Of a stretch of DNA of 59,624 bases, positions 25,310-34,980 are shown in pieces. The stretch covers positions 1 to 59,624 of the forward strand of contig JAUZRF010000007.1 of assembly GCA_030950645.1 (NCBI GenBank), read 5' to 3'. This DNA is from Mariprofundales bacterium (GTDB taxonomy: Bacteria > Pseudomonadota > Zetaproteobacteria > Mariprofundales > J009). How positions within the stretch are numbered: the stretch's first letter is position 1; every line of letters begins with the position of its first letter. The translations under genes were made by a program, and so were the position numbers. The notes beneath the pieces were generated by a model that saw only the letters and a list, made by a program, of their open reading frames with translations, was not told the DNA's origin and did not search any database.

Positions 25310-26082
25310 GGTAAATGGATGACATCGGCGGTTACTACGCGTTGGATGCCATTATCGCGGGCAACTAACAGTGCGCCATCATCATCAAGCTTGATGGCGG
25401 TGCCTTGCCAGGGTTGCGAACCTTCATTGACCCGCACCATGTGGCCATCGCCATGGGCTTGCCACCATGCGTTGGCTATTGGCGTGAATCCCTGGGCGCG
25501 TAACTGAGTATAGCGGCGATCGAGCTGCAATAGGATTCGGGGGAGCCAAACATTGGCATCCGAGTCGACATTCTGCTCTGCCAGCGAGGTTGCAGGTAGC
25601 CGGAAGTTGTTGGCCCAGCCATCATGGGGGGTGCGCAGATTGATTCCAATACCGATCACTACTGCATTGATGCGCGTTCCATCGGTAGCCGTTCCGGTGC
25701 GCATTTCGGTAAGGATTCCCGCTATTTTCTTGCCATCCACCAGGAGGTCGTTGGGCCATTTTAGTCGGGAATTCGGTAAGTTCAGGGCATCAAAGAGTGC
25801 CAGTGCGGTCAGTAGCGAGAGGGTGGATGCCCGTTGTGGCGGCAGCCAGGTGGGGCGTAGCAGTACACTCATGATCAGGCTCTCATCCGTACCGGATTGC
25901 CAGCGCCGACCCAGACGGCCGCGTCCACAGCGTTGGCTCCGGGCGGTGACGATTAACCCTTCGGCTGCGCCCTCCTCAGCCTGGCGTAGCGCAACATCAT
26001 TGGTGGAATCGACGCTATCAAGCGCCAAGTGGTGCCAGGATATTTGGCTATCTGGCAGGTGGAGTGGGGTGGGGGCGATCAT
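25288..26082 (-). CDS. birA: Biotin--[acetyl-CoA-carboxylase] ligase (group I, no HTH domain)
   Basis: GRGRLGRRWQS motif and BPL_LplA_LipB core. The C-terminus ..LPQLLSTH is encoded by a repeat fragment. Confidence 0.9.
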   Translation of the reverse strand: MIAPTPLHLPDSQISWHHLALDSVDSTNDVALRQAEEGAAEGLIVTARSQRCGRGRLGRRWQSGTDESLIMSVLLRPTWLPPQRASTLSLLTALALFDALNLPNSRLKWPNDLLVDGKKIAGILTEMRTGTATDGTRINAVVIGIGINLRTPHDGWANNFRLPATSLAEQNVDSDANVWLPRILLQLDRRYTQLRAQGFTPIANAWWQAHGDGHMVRVNEGSQPWQGTAIKLDDDGALLVARDNGIQRVVTADVIHLPQLLSTH

Positions 26083-26942
26083 GGTTTTTTCGCCTTGCTA
26101 TCAGAAAAACCGGAATCAATTTGAGTAGTTATTAAAAGGGAGAGGTCGAGTGCGGCTGCGGAGTGGGTGATGCTACCCATGGCGATGCGATCCACCCCGC
26201 GCAGCGCATAGTCGCGAGCGTTGGCCGCCGTGATGCCGCCGCTGGCTTCTAATGTGATTGATTCGGGCACCAGCGCGCGCGCGGCCGCGACTTGATCTGG
26301 GGTCATGTTATCGAGCAAGATCATCTCTGGGGCGCAAGCTACCGCTTGTGATACCTCATCGAGGGTCTCGCACTCCACCTCAATCCAGCCGGTGGCCGCA
26401 CTTGCCCGGCAGCGTGCAATCGCCTCAGCAATGGATCCTGTGGCTGCGATATGGTTCTCCTTGATTAAAAAGCCTCCGGCCAGATCGGGGCGATGATTGA
26501 TGCCGCCACCGTGCACTACCGCCTGCTTCTCCAGAGCTCGCAATCCCGGCGTGGTTTTTCGGGTGTCGGCAACGGTGCAATGGGTATCCGCTATCCGCTG
26601 CACGACCGCATGGGTGGCGGTAGCGATGCCGGAGAGGTGTTGTAGGAAATTGAGCGCTACCCGCTCCGCACTCAGAATGGAACGCGCCGATCCGGTGATG
26701 GTGGCGACCACATCGCCACCCTGCACTGCTTGACCATCACGCAGCGGCCACACTTGCTGGAGCTCGGGATCGCGGGTGGAAAACAGCTGACGCGCGAGCC
26801 CTACCCCGGAGAGCACCCCCTTCGCTTTGGCAATGATGCGGGCACTGGCCTGCAGATTAACACCAATCGTTGCCTGTGCCGTAATATCGTGATTCGCAGC
26901 ATCCTCGGCCAGAGCTAGGGTAATCAAGTCGACGGTGTTCAC
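26079..26942 (-). CDS. nadC: Nicotinate-nucleotide pyrophosphorylase (carboxylating)
   Basis: QPRTase fold (..DTRKTTPGLRALEKQAVVHGGGINHR..IEVECETL..). The last ~16 aa (TTQIDSGFSDSKAKKP) are MITE-derived. ATGA overlap with birA. Confidence 0.9.
   Translation of the reverse strand: MNTVDLITLALAEDAANHDITAQATIGVNLQASARIIAKAKGVLSGVGLARQLFSTRDPELQQVWPLRDGQAVQGGDVVATITGSARSILSAERVALNFLQHLSGIATATHAVVQRIADTHCTVADTRKTTPGLRALEKQAVVHGGGINHRPDLAGGFLIKENHIAATGSIAEAIARCRASAATGWIEVECETLDEVSQAVACAPEMILLDNMTPDQVAAARALVPESITLEASGGITAANARDYALRGVDRIAMGSITHSAAALDLSLLITTQIDSGFSDSKAKKP
26085..26131 (+). repeat. Partial MITE core (right-hand ~47 bp only)
   Basis: TTTTTCGCCTTGCTATCAGAAAAACCGGAATCAATTTGAGTAGTTAT. The left half is missing and the deletion endpoint lies 2-3 nt from the birA ATG. 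Confidence 0.65.
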
Positions 26943-27430
26943 GCGGCCTGCTTCAGCAGTTGGCCGATCACCCGCGCGGCATTGTCACCCAATAGCTGGT
27001 ACATGTGATCGAAGCCATCGGCACCGCCGTAATAGGGGTCGGGCACATCTGGTGGGGTGGTAGTGTTTGGTTCGAACTGCCGCATCATCCAGAGCCGGTT
27101 GGCTGGCACGCCCATCGCTAGCAGTTGGGTATGGTTGTCAGCATCCATCGCAATGAACCATTGCCAATCTCCAATCGTTGGTGCGGTGATCTGTTGGGCG
27201 GTGTGGGTGCTTAGGTCCAGCCCGTGTGTCTGGGCGGTTTGTGCGGAACGGGGATCAGCCCCCCCCCCGACATGCCAGTTTCCCGTGCCAGCCGAGGCAA
27301 AGTGGAAGCGTGCCGCCACCCCCATGCGTTCGGCCTCGTGGTTGGCGATCACTTCAGCCAACGGTGAGCGACAGATGTTGCCGAGGCAGACAAAGAGCAC
27401 CCGCATTGGTGCACTCGATGGGGTAGTCAA
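26939..27430 (-). CDS. Low-molecular-weight protein-tyrosine phosphatase
   Basis: P-loop [16 protein letters not shown] and a DPYYG motif. 4-nt overlaps with both neighbouring genes. Confidence 0.9.
   Translation of the reverse strand: MTTPSSAPMRVLFVCLGNICRSPLAEVIANHEAERMGVAARFHFASAGTGNWHVGGGADPRSAQTAQTHGLDLSTHTAQQITAPTIGDWQWFIAMDADNHTQLLAMGVPANRLWMMRQFEPNTTTPPDVPDPYYGGADGFDHMYQLLGDNAARVIGQLLKQAA
27259..27268. repeat. C10 (coding-strand G10) homopolymer inside the LMW-PTP gene
   Basis: GTC GGG GGG GGG GCT encodes VGGGA. This is the longest homopolymer I saw in the window. Confidence 0.9.
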
Positions 27431-28524
27431 TCCTGCGCCCGTATTGCCGCTGCACGCGCTTCAACATCCGCAACGATGGTGTCGATTAGCTCCTCTTCGC
27501 TCACCTTGCCGCATCTCTCTCCATCCTTATACAGGGTGTGGGTTGGCTTGCCGCCGGTGACCCCAATCGCCACCTCGCGCGCCTCGCCGGGGCCGTTGAC
27601 CACGCAGCCGATCACCGCCACATCGATGCTTTCACGGATATGGGAGAGCCGTTGTTCCAGCTCGGCGACCCGCCGGATAACATCGAATTTTTGCCGAGCA
27701 CAGGAGGGACAGGCGATCAGATTGACCCCGCGCTGCCGCAGCCCCATCGCTTTTAAAATCTCAAAGCCAACCTTCACCTCCTCCTCCGGCTCAGCGGCCA
27801 GCGAGACCCGGATGGTGTCGCCAATGCCGTCCGCCAACATCAGCCCGAGACCAATTGAGGATTTCACCGTGCCCGCAAACAGGCTGCCCGACTCGGTGAT
27901 GCCGAGATGGAGGGGGTAATCAACCTTTTCAGCCAACATGCGGTAGGCCGCTACTGTCATCGGGATGTTACTGGCCTTGAGCGATACCTTGATTTGGTGG
28001 AAGTTCATATCTTCAAGAATATGGATATGACCCAGTGCCGACTCCACCATCGCGGCAGCAGATGGCTCGCCGTACTTCTCGTTAATCTCTCGCTCCAACG
28101 AACCGGCGTTGACCCCGATGCGGATCGAGGTATTGCGCTCGGCAGCGGCCTTGACCACCCGCTCTACCCGGCTGCGATCACCGATGTTGCCAGGGTTAAG
28201 TCGCAGGCCATCTACCCCGGCATCGAGCGATGCCAATGCCATTTTGTAGCTGAAGTGGATGTCCGCAATGATCGGAATATCGGTTTGCGCCAGAATCTCC
28301 GGTAGTGCTGCGGCTGATTCGGGATCAGGCACCGAGATGCGCACGATGTCGGCTCCTGCATCGCTGATGCGTTGCACTTGCGCTACGGTGGCATCAATGT
28401 CGTGGGTGATGGTGTTGGTCATCGATTGCACAGTGATGGGGGCATCACCACCGACGGCGACGCTTCCCACCTGAATTTGTCGTGAGGGTCGCCGCGGGCG
28501 CACCACCTGATCCCGTGTTGTCAT
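27427..28524 (-). CDS. ispG: 4-hydroxy-3-methylbut-2-en-1-yl diphosphate synthase
   Basis: 365 aa with ...IVRISVPD.., C-terminal CPSCAR...GCVVNGPGE Fe-S ligands, and full-length IspG similarity. Confidence 0.95.
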   Translation of the reverse strand: MTTRDQVVRPRRPSRQIQVGSVAVGGDAPITVQSMTNTITHDIDATVAQVQRISDAGADIVRISVPDPESAAALPEILAQTDIPIIADIHFSYKMALASLDAGVDGLRLNPGNIGDRSRVERVVKAAAERNTSIRIGVNAGSLEREINEKYGEPSAAAMVESALGHIHILEDMNFHQIKVSLKASNIPMTVAAYRMLAEKVDYPLHLGITESGSLFAGTVKSSIGLGLMLADGIGDTIRVSLAAEPEEEVKVGFEILKAMGLRQRGVNLIACPSCARQKFDVIRRVAELEQRLSHIRESIDVAVIGCVVNGPGEAREVAIGVTGGKPTHTLYKDGERCGKVSEEELIDTIVADVEARAAAIRAQD

Positions 28525-28559
28525 GGTTTATTTTTCCTTGTACTTAGTTTTTCCTCTTT

Positions 28560-28712
28560 GTAACTACTCAGCACCCTACCAAAAATGGCTGTAACTGCTC
28601 AGATTGCTTCCGGTTTTCCTGATAGCAAGGCGAAAAAGCTTAAGTTTACTACTGTAAATGAGTATTTTTCAACGCCGCTATCGGGAAAACCGGGAGTGAG
28701 CTGAGCAGTTAC
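28560..28712 (-). mobile_element. MITE copy: beta module (28560-28595) plus 122-bp core (28591-28712)
   Basis: Perfect 8-bp TSD TCCTCTTT at 28552-28559 and 28713-28720. The GTAAC terminus supplies the TAA stop of the upstream lipoprotein gene. Confidence 0.9.
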
Positions 28713-29815
28713 TCCTCTTTTTTGAGTAATGTCAGCCGTTCTTGCATCTGCTTTGCCCACTCCAGCGCCTTGCTGTATTCCTTGTTTTTCGGGGCCAGTG
28801 TCACCGCTTGCTGCCACAGTGTAATCGCTTTATCTAACTTTTCTTGTTTTACCGCCATCCGCCCGTGATTGAAAAACAGCTGCGCCTGATGGGATAATTG
28901 TTGGAGTAATTTTCCCGCATTGGCGCCTTGCTGGCGTTTCCATGCCAGTGCATATTGGCGTGCTTTGACCCATTGCTGGGCAGCAATCATCTGTTTAATG
29001 GTGGCCCCATTGAGATTGGGCAGTGCGTGTTTGGCTTTGGGTTTTCTGATTCGTGAGGATGATTTGATTCTCGTGAGATGAATCTGCGGAGGTAGTTGCT
29101 TGGCTACCTTATCCAACAATCCTTGGGCTTGGTTGGCTCCCGGATCCAGCCTTAGTGCGGACTGCAGCTCGGCGTAGGCGAGTTCGGGAAGATTGTCATG
29201 CAGATAGCCGTTGGCCTTGGAGTAGGCGCTTTGTGACTGCTCCTCCACCGCATTCCAGCGCGCCTCCTGCCACGCTTTAATGCGAGGGTCATTACGGAGT
29301 TGTTTGGGGGGGGTCAACGCTTTTGGATGTGCTAGTAGATCGCGATCCTCGGCTTGTAAGGCTTTGCGTAGGATGTCAAACCGTAGTTGCCGCATTTTCA
29401 TGATCACCCTGGTGCGTTGTTGTTGCCAGCGTTTTGGGCGAATGGAGAAGTAGGCTGCTTGGCCAAAATCTTGCGCCGCCATTTTCCACTTGTTATGTTT
29501 TTCTCGTAGCCGAGCGCGATCCAGATAGAACTGTAGCATTTTGAGTCGTGAAGGGTCGATGTGCTGATGTAATAGCGTTTGCGCTGCGGCATAATCCTCG
29601 CGAGATTTGTCCATCGCAACGATTTTTGCACGGGCCTCCATCACATGACCGAGTTCAAAATCGTGCAATGCCGATTTGTAATTGTTGAGGAAGTTGAAGG
29701 CCGAGGGCTTTGCCCGAGGCTGCATCCCCGAAGTCAGGGCGCATCCTGAAGTGATCGTCAGCAGACAACATAATGTGATCCATTTATAATCCATAATTTT
29801 GATAGGCTCCGTCAT
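28709..29815 (-). CDS. Lipoprotein with helical/TPR-like repeats, function unknown
   Basis: Lipobox LTITSGC, then an alpha-helical, Lys/Gln-rich 368-aa protein. No catalytic motif recognised. Confidence 0.55.
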   Translation of the reverse strand: MTEPIKIMDYKWITLCCLLTITSGCALTSGMQPRAKPSAFNFLNNYKSALHDFELGHVMEARAKIVAMDKSREDYAAAQTLLHQHIDPSRLKMLQFYLDRARLREKHNKWKMAAQDFGQAAYFSIRPKRWQQQRTRVIMKMRQLRFDILRKALQAEDRDLLAHPKALTPPKQLRNDPRIKAWQEARWNAVEEQSQSAYSKANGYLHDNLPELAYAELQSALRLDPGANQAQGLLDKVAKQLPPQIHLTRIKSSSRIRKPKAKHALPNLNGATIKQMIAAQQWVKARQYALAWKRQQGANAGKLLQQLSHQAQLFFNHGRMAVKQEKLDKAITLWQQAVTLAPKNKEYSKALEWAKQMQERLTLLKKEE

Positions 29816-29841
29816 CTATTTTTTGGCACTGCGATGTCAGG

Positions 29842-29962
29842 GTAACTACTCAGCTCACTTCCGGTTTTTCCGATAGCGGCGTTGAAACATGCCCATTTAC
29901 AGTAGTAAACTCCGCTTTTTCGCCTTGCTATCAGGAAAACCGGAAGTGAGCTGAGTAGTTAC
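29842..29962 (+). mobile_element. MITE copy, 121-bp core with A-type sequence at both ends (27-bp perfect TIR)
   Basis: Perfect 8-bp TSD ATGTCAGG at 29834-29841 and 29963-29970. Confidence 0.9.
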
Positions 29963-29972
29963 ATGTCAGGTT

Positions 29973-30707
29973 CTATTCCGCCAGGTTCGCTAGGGTGGGG
30001 ATGGCATCAAAGCGTTGCATCGCTGCGCGTACTTTGCGGATGTAGCGCTGGGAGCCAATGCTGCCATTGTATGCTGCCAGTGCACGATCCATGGTCGGGT
30101 AGCGGTCTAAATAGTGGCGTAAGATTGCGCAGCCATAACGAATATTCACCTCGATATTGAAAAGGTTATCTTGGTGATCGCCGATCTTTTTGCGCCAAAA
30201 TGGCATGATCTGCATCAATCCTTGTGCGCCGGCTATGCTGACGGCAAAACGATTAAATCCAGATTCAACAGCCATCACCGCCAAGGCCAAGTCTGGTGGC
30301 ACTCGGTAATAGCGACAATACAACAGTAACCAGCGCGTTATCTCTTGTGCTGTGGGAGCGGACACCCCCTTTTGACGCAATATCTGGGTGATATCACGCC
30401 TCCAAACCGTGCGGCCAAAATGGGACGGCGTCATCATTTGCGGTGGTGGGGCTGCGTCCAATGCTGGGGTAGGGCTATTTTTAATAAGGTTGGTGGGCAA
30501 GGTTGCCCTTCGCGGCGGTTTGTCTGGCGATATGATGGCACCAAAGCTCCACCATATCGCCAATAACCCTAGCAATATTAGTACAGAGCACGCTGCCGCC
30601 CATCGCCGCAGCGTTCCTCCGCTCTCTTTCTGATTGTATGCCAATCCATCCATGGGGATAAATGTAGCCTTGTGCTCCCTGATGGGCAAAATTGGAGGTG
30701 AAGGCAC
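29973..30707 (-). CDS. Lytic murein transglycosylase (SLT domain)
   Basis: AVMAVESGFNRFAVSIAGAQGLMQIMP (catalytic Glu) and AAYNGS motifs. An N-terminal TM anchor is present. The start may be the internal ATG at 30653. Confidence 0.85.
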   Translation of the reverse strand: MPSPPILPIREHKATFIPMDGLAYNQKESGGTLRRWAAACSVLILLGLLAIWWSFGAIISPDKPPRRATLPTNLIKNSPTPALDAAPPPQMMTPSHFGRTVWRRDITQILRQKGVSAPTAQEITRWLLLYCRYYRVPPDLALAVMAVESGFNRFAVSIAGAQGLMQIMPFWRKKIGDHQDNLFNIEVNIRYGCAILRHYLDRYPTMDRALAAYNGSIGSQRYIRKVRAAMQRFDAIPTLANLAE

Positions 30708-30890
30708 AAGATCTACGGCGCGGGTTGGTCAGGCGAGTGAGCATCGCATCTGCATGATAAAACAGGTTTTGCGATTGTGAGGAAATGAAGCTTGAAGTCC
30801 GGACGGTTTTCCGTATGGTTGCAACCATCATACCAATTCTGCGTTTGTGCTTGACGATCCTGTGCAAGCTGGATGCGGACATTTTTTACT

Positions 30891-30899
30891 GGGGGGGGG
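30891..30899. repeat. G9 homopolymer 49 nt upstream of the PAS-gene ATG
   Basis: ACTGGGGGGGGGCTGG. Lies in the 5' leader if ATG 30948 is used, or inside codons 7-9 if ATG 30873 is used. Confidence 0.9.
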
Positions 30900-30947
30900 C
30901 TGGCTGTGCGAGTAATTCTACCTGTGACCGGAAAGGTCAATGAAACC

Positions 30948-31430
30948 ATGCGTGATAACGAATGGATCTGTTCCAAGACTGATCTTAAGGGCGTCATCAC
31001 CTATGCCAACGATGTGTTTTGCCGCGTTGCTGGTTACAAGACCCATGAATTGGTTGGACAGCCACATAATTTGGTGCGCCACCCCGATATGCCATGTATC
31101 GCGTTTGCTTGGTGCTGGGATACCTTGGGCCAGGGCAAAGAGTGGCGCGGTCAGGTGAAAAACCGTTGTAAAAATGGCGATACCTACTGGGTCGATGTCA
31201 CCATGACGCCGCAACGCAATGATGAAAATATGGTTACTGGCTATTTTGCTGTGCGGCGACGCATGACTGCGGAGAAGATTGGCGAGATGGAGGCGTTGTA
31301 CAAGACGCTGTCCGATGCCGAGGGGTCGCTGGATGTACGCGCCAAACTGACGCGGGCGCAGATTGATGAGATGTACCGCAATAGCCCGCTCTATCCATTG
31401 GCGCATCCAGCAGTAGGAGGAGCCGTATGA
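30948..31430 (+). CDS. Stand-alone PAS-domain protein (Aer-type PAS)
   Basis: [33 protein letters not shown]...[13 protein letters not shown] matches the Aer-like PAS signature. The stop overlaps the MCP ATG (ATGA). The ORF track starts at 30873. Confidence 0.8.
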   Translation: MRDNEWICSKTDLKGVITYANDVFCRVAGYKTHELVGQPHNLVRHPDMPCIAFAWCWDTLGQGKEWRGQVKNRCKNGDTYWVDVTMTPQRNDENMVTGYFAVRRRMTAEKIGEMEALYKTLSDAEGSLDVRAKLTRAQIDEMYRNSPLYPLAHPAVGGAV

Positions 31431-33265
31431 AACATCTATTTACACGCATGGGTACGATCTGGCGGCAAGAGGGTCTGATCGGCTATCTGCTACGGACGCC
31501 ATTGAAGTGGATGATTACCATTGCATTTACATTCATCACTGTGGTGGTGGTGGCGCTGACCGGGCTCGCGATCCATGAATCGCGAGATGTGGTTGTTGAG
31601 GTGCACGATGCGAAAGATACCTCAATGACTAACATCATGGCGGTGACCTCGTTGCAGATGCATGTGTTGGAGGCACAGCAATTGTTGACAACATCAGCGC
31701 TGACCGGCGACCCTGAGATTGCGAAATCGGCCGAGGTGGTCATGGATAAATTTTATGACGATATCGGTGAGATGTTGAGCCTCTATGGTGATTATGATAT
31801 GAACCCACGGATTCAAGCGGCACTGGATCGTCTGCAGGCCGTGGCGGCCGATTTTGCCGACTTGAGTGATTTGGGAGATGTGGTGGCTACCGCGCGTGAA
31901 GGTGGTGATGCCAAGCAGATGCAGGCTGCGATCAACGCCTTGCGTGATAAGGGGCATGACCTAGTGAATTCGCTGGCACGGGTGGTGAAATTCCAAAATG
32001 CCGATATGGATGTCCGTTTTGCGGGGGTTGATCGAGAGATGGGGGCGATGGCGCACAAGCTCTGGGGGATGATTGCCGCAGTGGTGCTGATTGGTATTTT
32101 TACCCAGCTGATTTTCACGATGGTGATTCGTCGCCGTATCAATCGTCAGCTTGAGGTGATGGATGAGTGGGCATACCGATTGATGGGTCCGCGCGTTTAT
32201 CCTGTGATGTGTGAGGATGAGATTGGTCACCTATCGCATGAAATTAATCGCCTGGGTGATAATATGGAGGCGTTTATGATGGAGGTTGTCTCCAGTCTGG
32301 ATGCGATGGGGAGTGGCGATCTTGATCGGCGGGTTGATGTGCGGGGGCTCTCCGATGAGATGCGACGAACCGGTGATGCAGTCAATGGTAGCCTTAACTC
32401 GGTGGCTGCATTTACGCGTCGCGCCCACGATACTCAGGATGCACTGAGCGAGTTTCAGGAGCAGATTGGCTTGGTGGTGGGTCGGATGCGTGATGTGGCA
32501 GGACAGGTAGAGGGGCAGGCCAACCATGTGTCGGAGAGTGCGGAACATTCCAAGAGTCGTGCGGCAAGCTCGAGCAGTGGTGCTGAGGTTGCGGCACAGA
32601 ATGTAGCCACGGTAGCGGCTGCGGCTGAGGAGCTGACGGCGTCGATCACTGAGGAGGGGCGTCACATTATCGCGGCTCAGGAGATTGTTGGGCGTGCGGT
32701 GGAACAAGCCAGCACTACGCGTGAGACCGTGGCTTCGCTGGGCAAGGCGACCCGTGAGATTGGCGATGTGGTGGTACTGATCTCGGAGATTGCCGAGCAG
32801 ACCAATCTATTGGCGCTCAATGCTTCGATTGAGGCTGCGCGAGCCGGTGAGGCTGGTCGGGGCTTTGCGGTCGTTGCCGGCGAGGTCAAGGATTTGGCCA
32901 ACCAAACAGCTCAGGCAACCGAACGGATCTCGCGTCAGATCAAAAAACTGCAGGTGGAGAGCGATCAAAGTACCGAAGCGATCCATATGATTGCCGACAC
33001 CATTGCTGAGGTGGGCAAAATCACTGATCAGATTACCGGTGAAGCGGATCAGCAGCAGGAGGCAACTACCGAGATCGCCACGAGCATTCAAAATGCCAAC
33101 GATACGGTGGTACAGGTGGCTGAGGATATGGGTGAGGTGATGACGACCGCCGAGGATACTGGTATGGCCGCGCAATCGATGCTGGAGGCGGCAGGGTCAC
33201 TGCAGGAGGTCACCAACGAATTGGATGGGTTGGTGCAGGATTTTCTGCATAAACTTGGCCGCTAG
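31427..33265 (+). CDS. Methyl-accepting chemotaxis protein (2 TM, periplasmic helical domain, HAMP, MA domain)
   Basis: AGGAGG RBS and the highly conserved signalling hairpin [38 protein letters not shown]. Confidence 0.9.
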   Translation: MKHLFTRMGTIWRQEGLIGYLLRTPLKWMITIAFTFITVVVVALTGLAIHESRDVVVEVHDAKDTSMTNIMAVTSLQMHVLEAQQLLTTSALTGDPEIAKSAEVVMDKFYDDIGEMLSLYGDYDMNPRIQAALDRLQAVAADFADLSDLGDVVATAREGGDAKQMQAAINALRDKGHDLVNSLARVVKFQNADMDVRFAGVDREMGAMAHKLWGMIAAVVLIGIFTQLIFTMVIRRRINRQLEVMDEWAYRLMGPRVYPVMCEDEIGHLSHEINRLGDNMEAFMMEVVSSLDAMGSGDLDRRVDVRGLSDEMRRTGDAVNGSLNSVAAFTRRAHDTQDALSEFQEQIGLVVGRMRDVAGQVEGQANHVSESAEHSKSRAASSSSGAEVAAQNVATVAAAAEELTASITEEGRHIIAAQEIVGRAVEQASTTRETVASLGKATREIGDVVVLISEIAEQTNLLALNASIEAARAGEAGRGFAVVAGEVKDLANQTAQATERISRQIKKLQVESDQSTEAIHMIADTIAEVGKITDQITGEADQQQEATTEIATSIQNANDTVVQVAEDMGEVMTTAEDTGMAAQSMLEAAGSLQEVTNELDGLVQDFLHKLGR

Positions 33266-33583
33266 ATGGTTGCTGTTCGCATGATCGCTAGAGTATTGGT
33301 GCTACTATTTGGGGTGCTGCTGGTGGCCTGTGCGGCGCATCAGCCGCCATTGCAGATGATGGCGGAGGCGAGATCTGCTATTCAGGCGGCGCATGATCGC
33401 GTACCTGCACAGGGAAGTGCGGCTGCGCGAAAGTTGGCCGATGCGAACATTTCGCTGCGCAAGGCGTCCATGGCGCTGGATCATCAGAGCTATGATCGGG
33501 CGCGAGCAGAGGCGCAGCAGGCACGCAATCTGGCGAGGGCGGCGATTCGGATGATGAGAAAGGCCACCACCACACACCACTAA
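33266..33583 (+). CDS. DUF4398-like lipoprotein
   Basis: Lipobox LLVAC followed by an Ala/Arg-rich helical hairpin. Starts directly after the MCP stop. Confidence 0.6.
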   Translation: MVAVRMIARVLVLLFGVLLVACAAHQPPLQMMAEARSAIQAAHDRVPAQGSAAARKLADANISLRKASMALDHQSYDRARAEAQQARNLARAAIRMMRKATTTHH

Positions 33584-33590
33584 TCTATTG

Positions 33591-33691
33591 GTAACAGCTC
33601 AGGGACGATCTGAGTAGTTACCACCCCTTGAAAATATCTGAGCGTTTTTCAGTGCCGCTATCGGGAAAACCGAGAGTGCGCTGAGTAGCTA
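33591..33691. repeat. Decayed MITE remnants (mini end-to-end unit plus partial core)
   Basis: GTAACAGCTCAGggacgatCTGAGTAGTTAC (33591-33621), then ...TTTTTCAGTGCCGCTATCGGGAAAACCGAGAGTGCGCTGAGTAGCTAC (to 33691). Confidence 0.5.
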
Positions 33692-33726
33692 CCAGCGTTG
33701 AATATGTATGTAAGGAGACAACCAAG

Positions 33727-34980
33727 ATGTCCGTAACGATCACGCCACCACTGTTTGGTGAAAAAATTACGATGGGAGCCGACGGCACCCTCCAGGTTCC
33801 AGATCAGCCGATTATTGCCTATATTGAGGGCGATGGCATTGGTCCCGATATCTGGGCGGCGGCACAGCGGGTGCTGGATGCCGCAGTGGCCGGAGCCTAT
33901 GGCGACCAACGCAAGATCGCCTGGATGGAGGTGTTTGCCGGTGAGAAGGCGTGGAACCTGAGTGGCCAGAGCGATGATGGCTGGCTACCAGAGGTAACGC
34001 TGGATGCTTTTCGTGAATATCTGATTGGGCTCAAGGGACCATTAACTACCCCAATTGGCGGTGGATTTACCTCGCTCAATGTGGCCTTGCGTCAACAGTT
34101 GGATCTCTATGTCTGTCTGCGCCCAGTGAAGTATTTCGCTGGGGTTCCTAGTCCGGTCAAGCGGCCAGAGGATGTCGATATGGTGATCTTTCGTGAGAAC
34201 ACCGAGGATATTTACGCCGGCATTGAGTGGCCTGCGGAGAGCGATGGCGCGAAGAGGGTCATCGCCTTCCTGCAACAGGAGATGGGGGTGACTAAGATCC
34301 GTTTTCCGGATAGCAGTGCGATCGGAATCAAGCCGGTATCGCGTCAGGGTAGTGAACGGTTGATTCGTGCTGCTATTCAGTATGCCATTGATCATCATCG
34401 TAAAAGTGTCACTATGGTACACAAGGGTAATATTATGAAGTACACTGAGGGTGGCTTCATGGGTTGGGGCTATGCACTGGCCAAAAGCGAGTTTGGTGCG
34501 GTGGAAATTGATGGTGGTCCGTGGTGCAAATTGCCGAATGGGATCGTTATTAAGGACGCCATTGCGGATATCACCTTGCAGCAAGTACTGACCCGGCCGA
34601 AAGAGTTTGATGTGGTGGCGACCCTCAACCTCAATGGCGATTACTTGTCGGATGCACTGGCCGCACAGGTGGGGGGGATTGGGATCGCACCTGGTGCCAA
34701 CATCAATTACGACACTGGACATGCAATTTTTGAAGCGACCCATGGTACTGCGCCGAAATATACCAATAAGAACATGGTTAACCCTTCATCGCTGATCCTC
34801 TCTGGTGAGCTGATGTTGCATTACCTTGGTTGGGATCGGGCCGCAGATGCGATCCCCTTGGCGATTGAGGGGGCGATTGCTGCCAAAACTGTGACCTACG
34901 ACTTCCATCGCCAAATGGAGGGGGCAACCAAACTTTCAACCTCGGAGTTTGGTGATGCCTTAGTGGAACGGCTGGCGTAA
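33727..34980 (+). CDS. icd: NADP-dependent isocitrate dehydrogenase
   Basis: 417 aa, collinear with prokaryotic homodimeric IDH (..[20 protein letters not shown].., ..[26 protein letters not shown]..). Confidence 0.95.
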   Translation: MSVTITPPLFGEKITMGADGTLQVPDQPIIAYIEGDGIGPDIWAAAQRVLDAAVAGAYGDQRKIAWMEVFAGEKAWNLSGQSDDGWLPEVTLDAFREYLIGLKGPLTTPIGGGFTSLNVALRQQLDLYVCLRPVKYFAGVPSPVKRPEDVDMVIFRENTEDIYAGIEWPAESDGAKRVIAFLQQEMGVTKIRFPDSSAIGIKPVSRQGSERLIRAAIQYAIDHHRKSVTMVHKGNIMKYTEGGFMGWGYALAKSEFGAVEIDGGPWCKLPNGIVIKDAIADITLQQVLTRPKEFDVVATLNLNGDYLSDALAAQVGGIGIAPGANINYDTGHAIFEATHGTAPKYTNKNMVNPSSLILSGELMLHYLGWDRAADAIPLAIEGAIAAKTVTYDFHRQMEGATKLSTSEFGDALVERLA

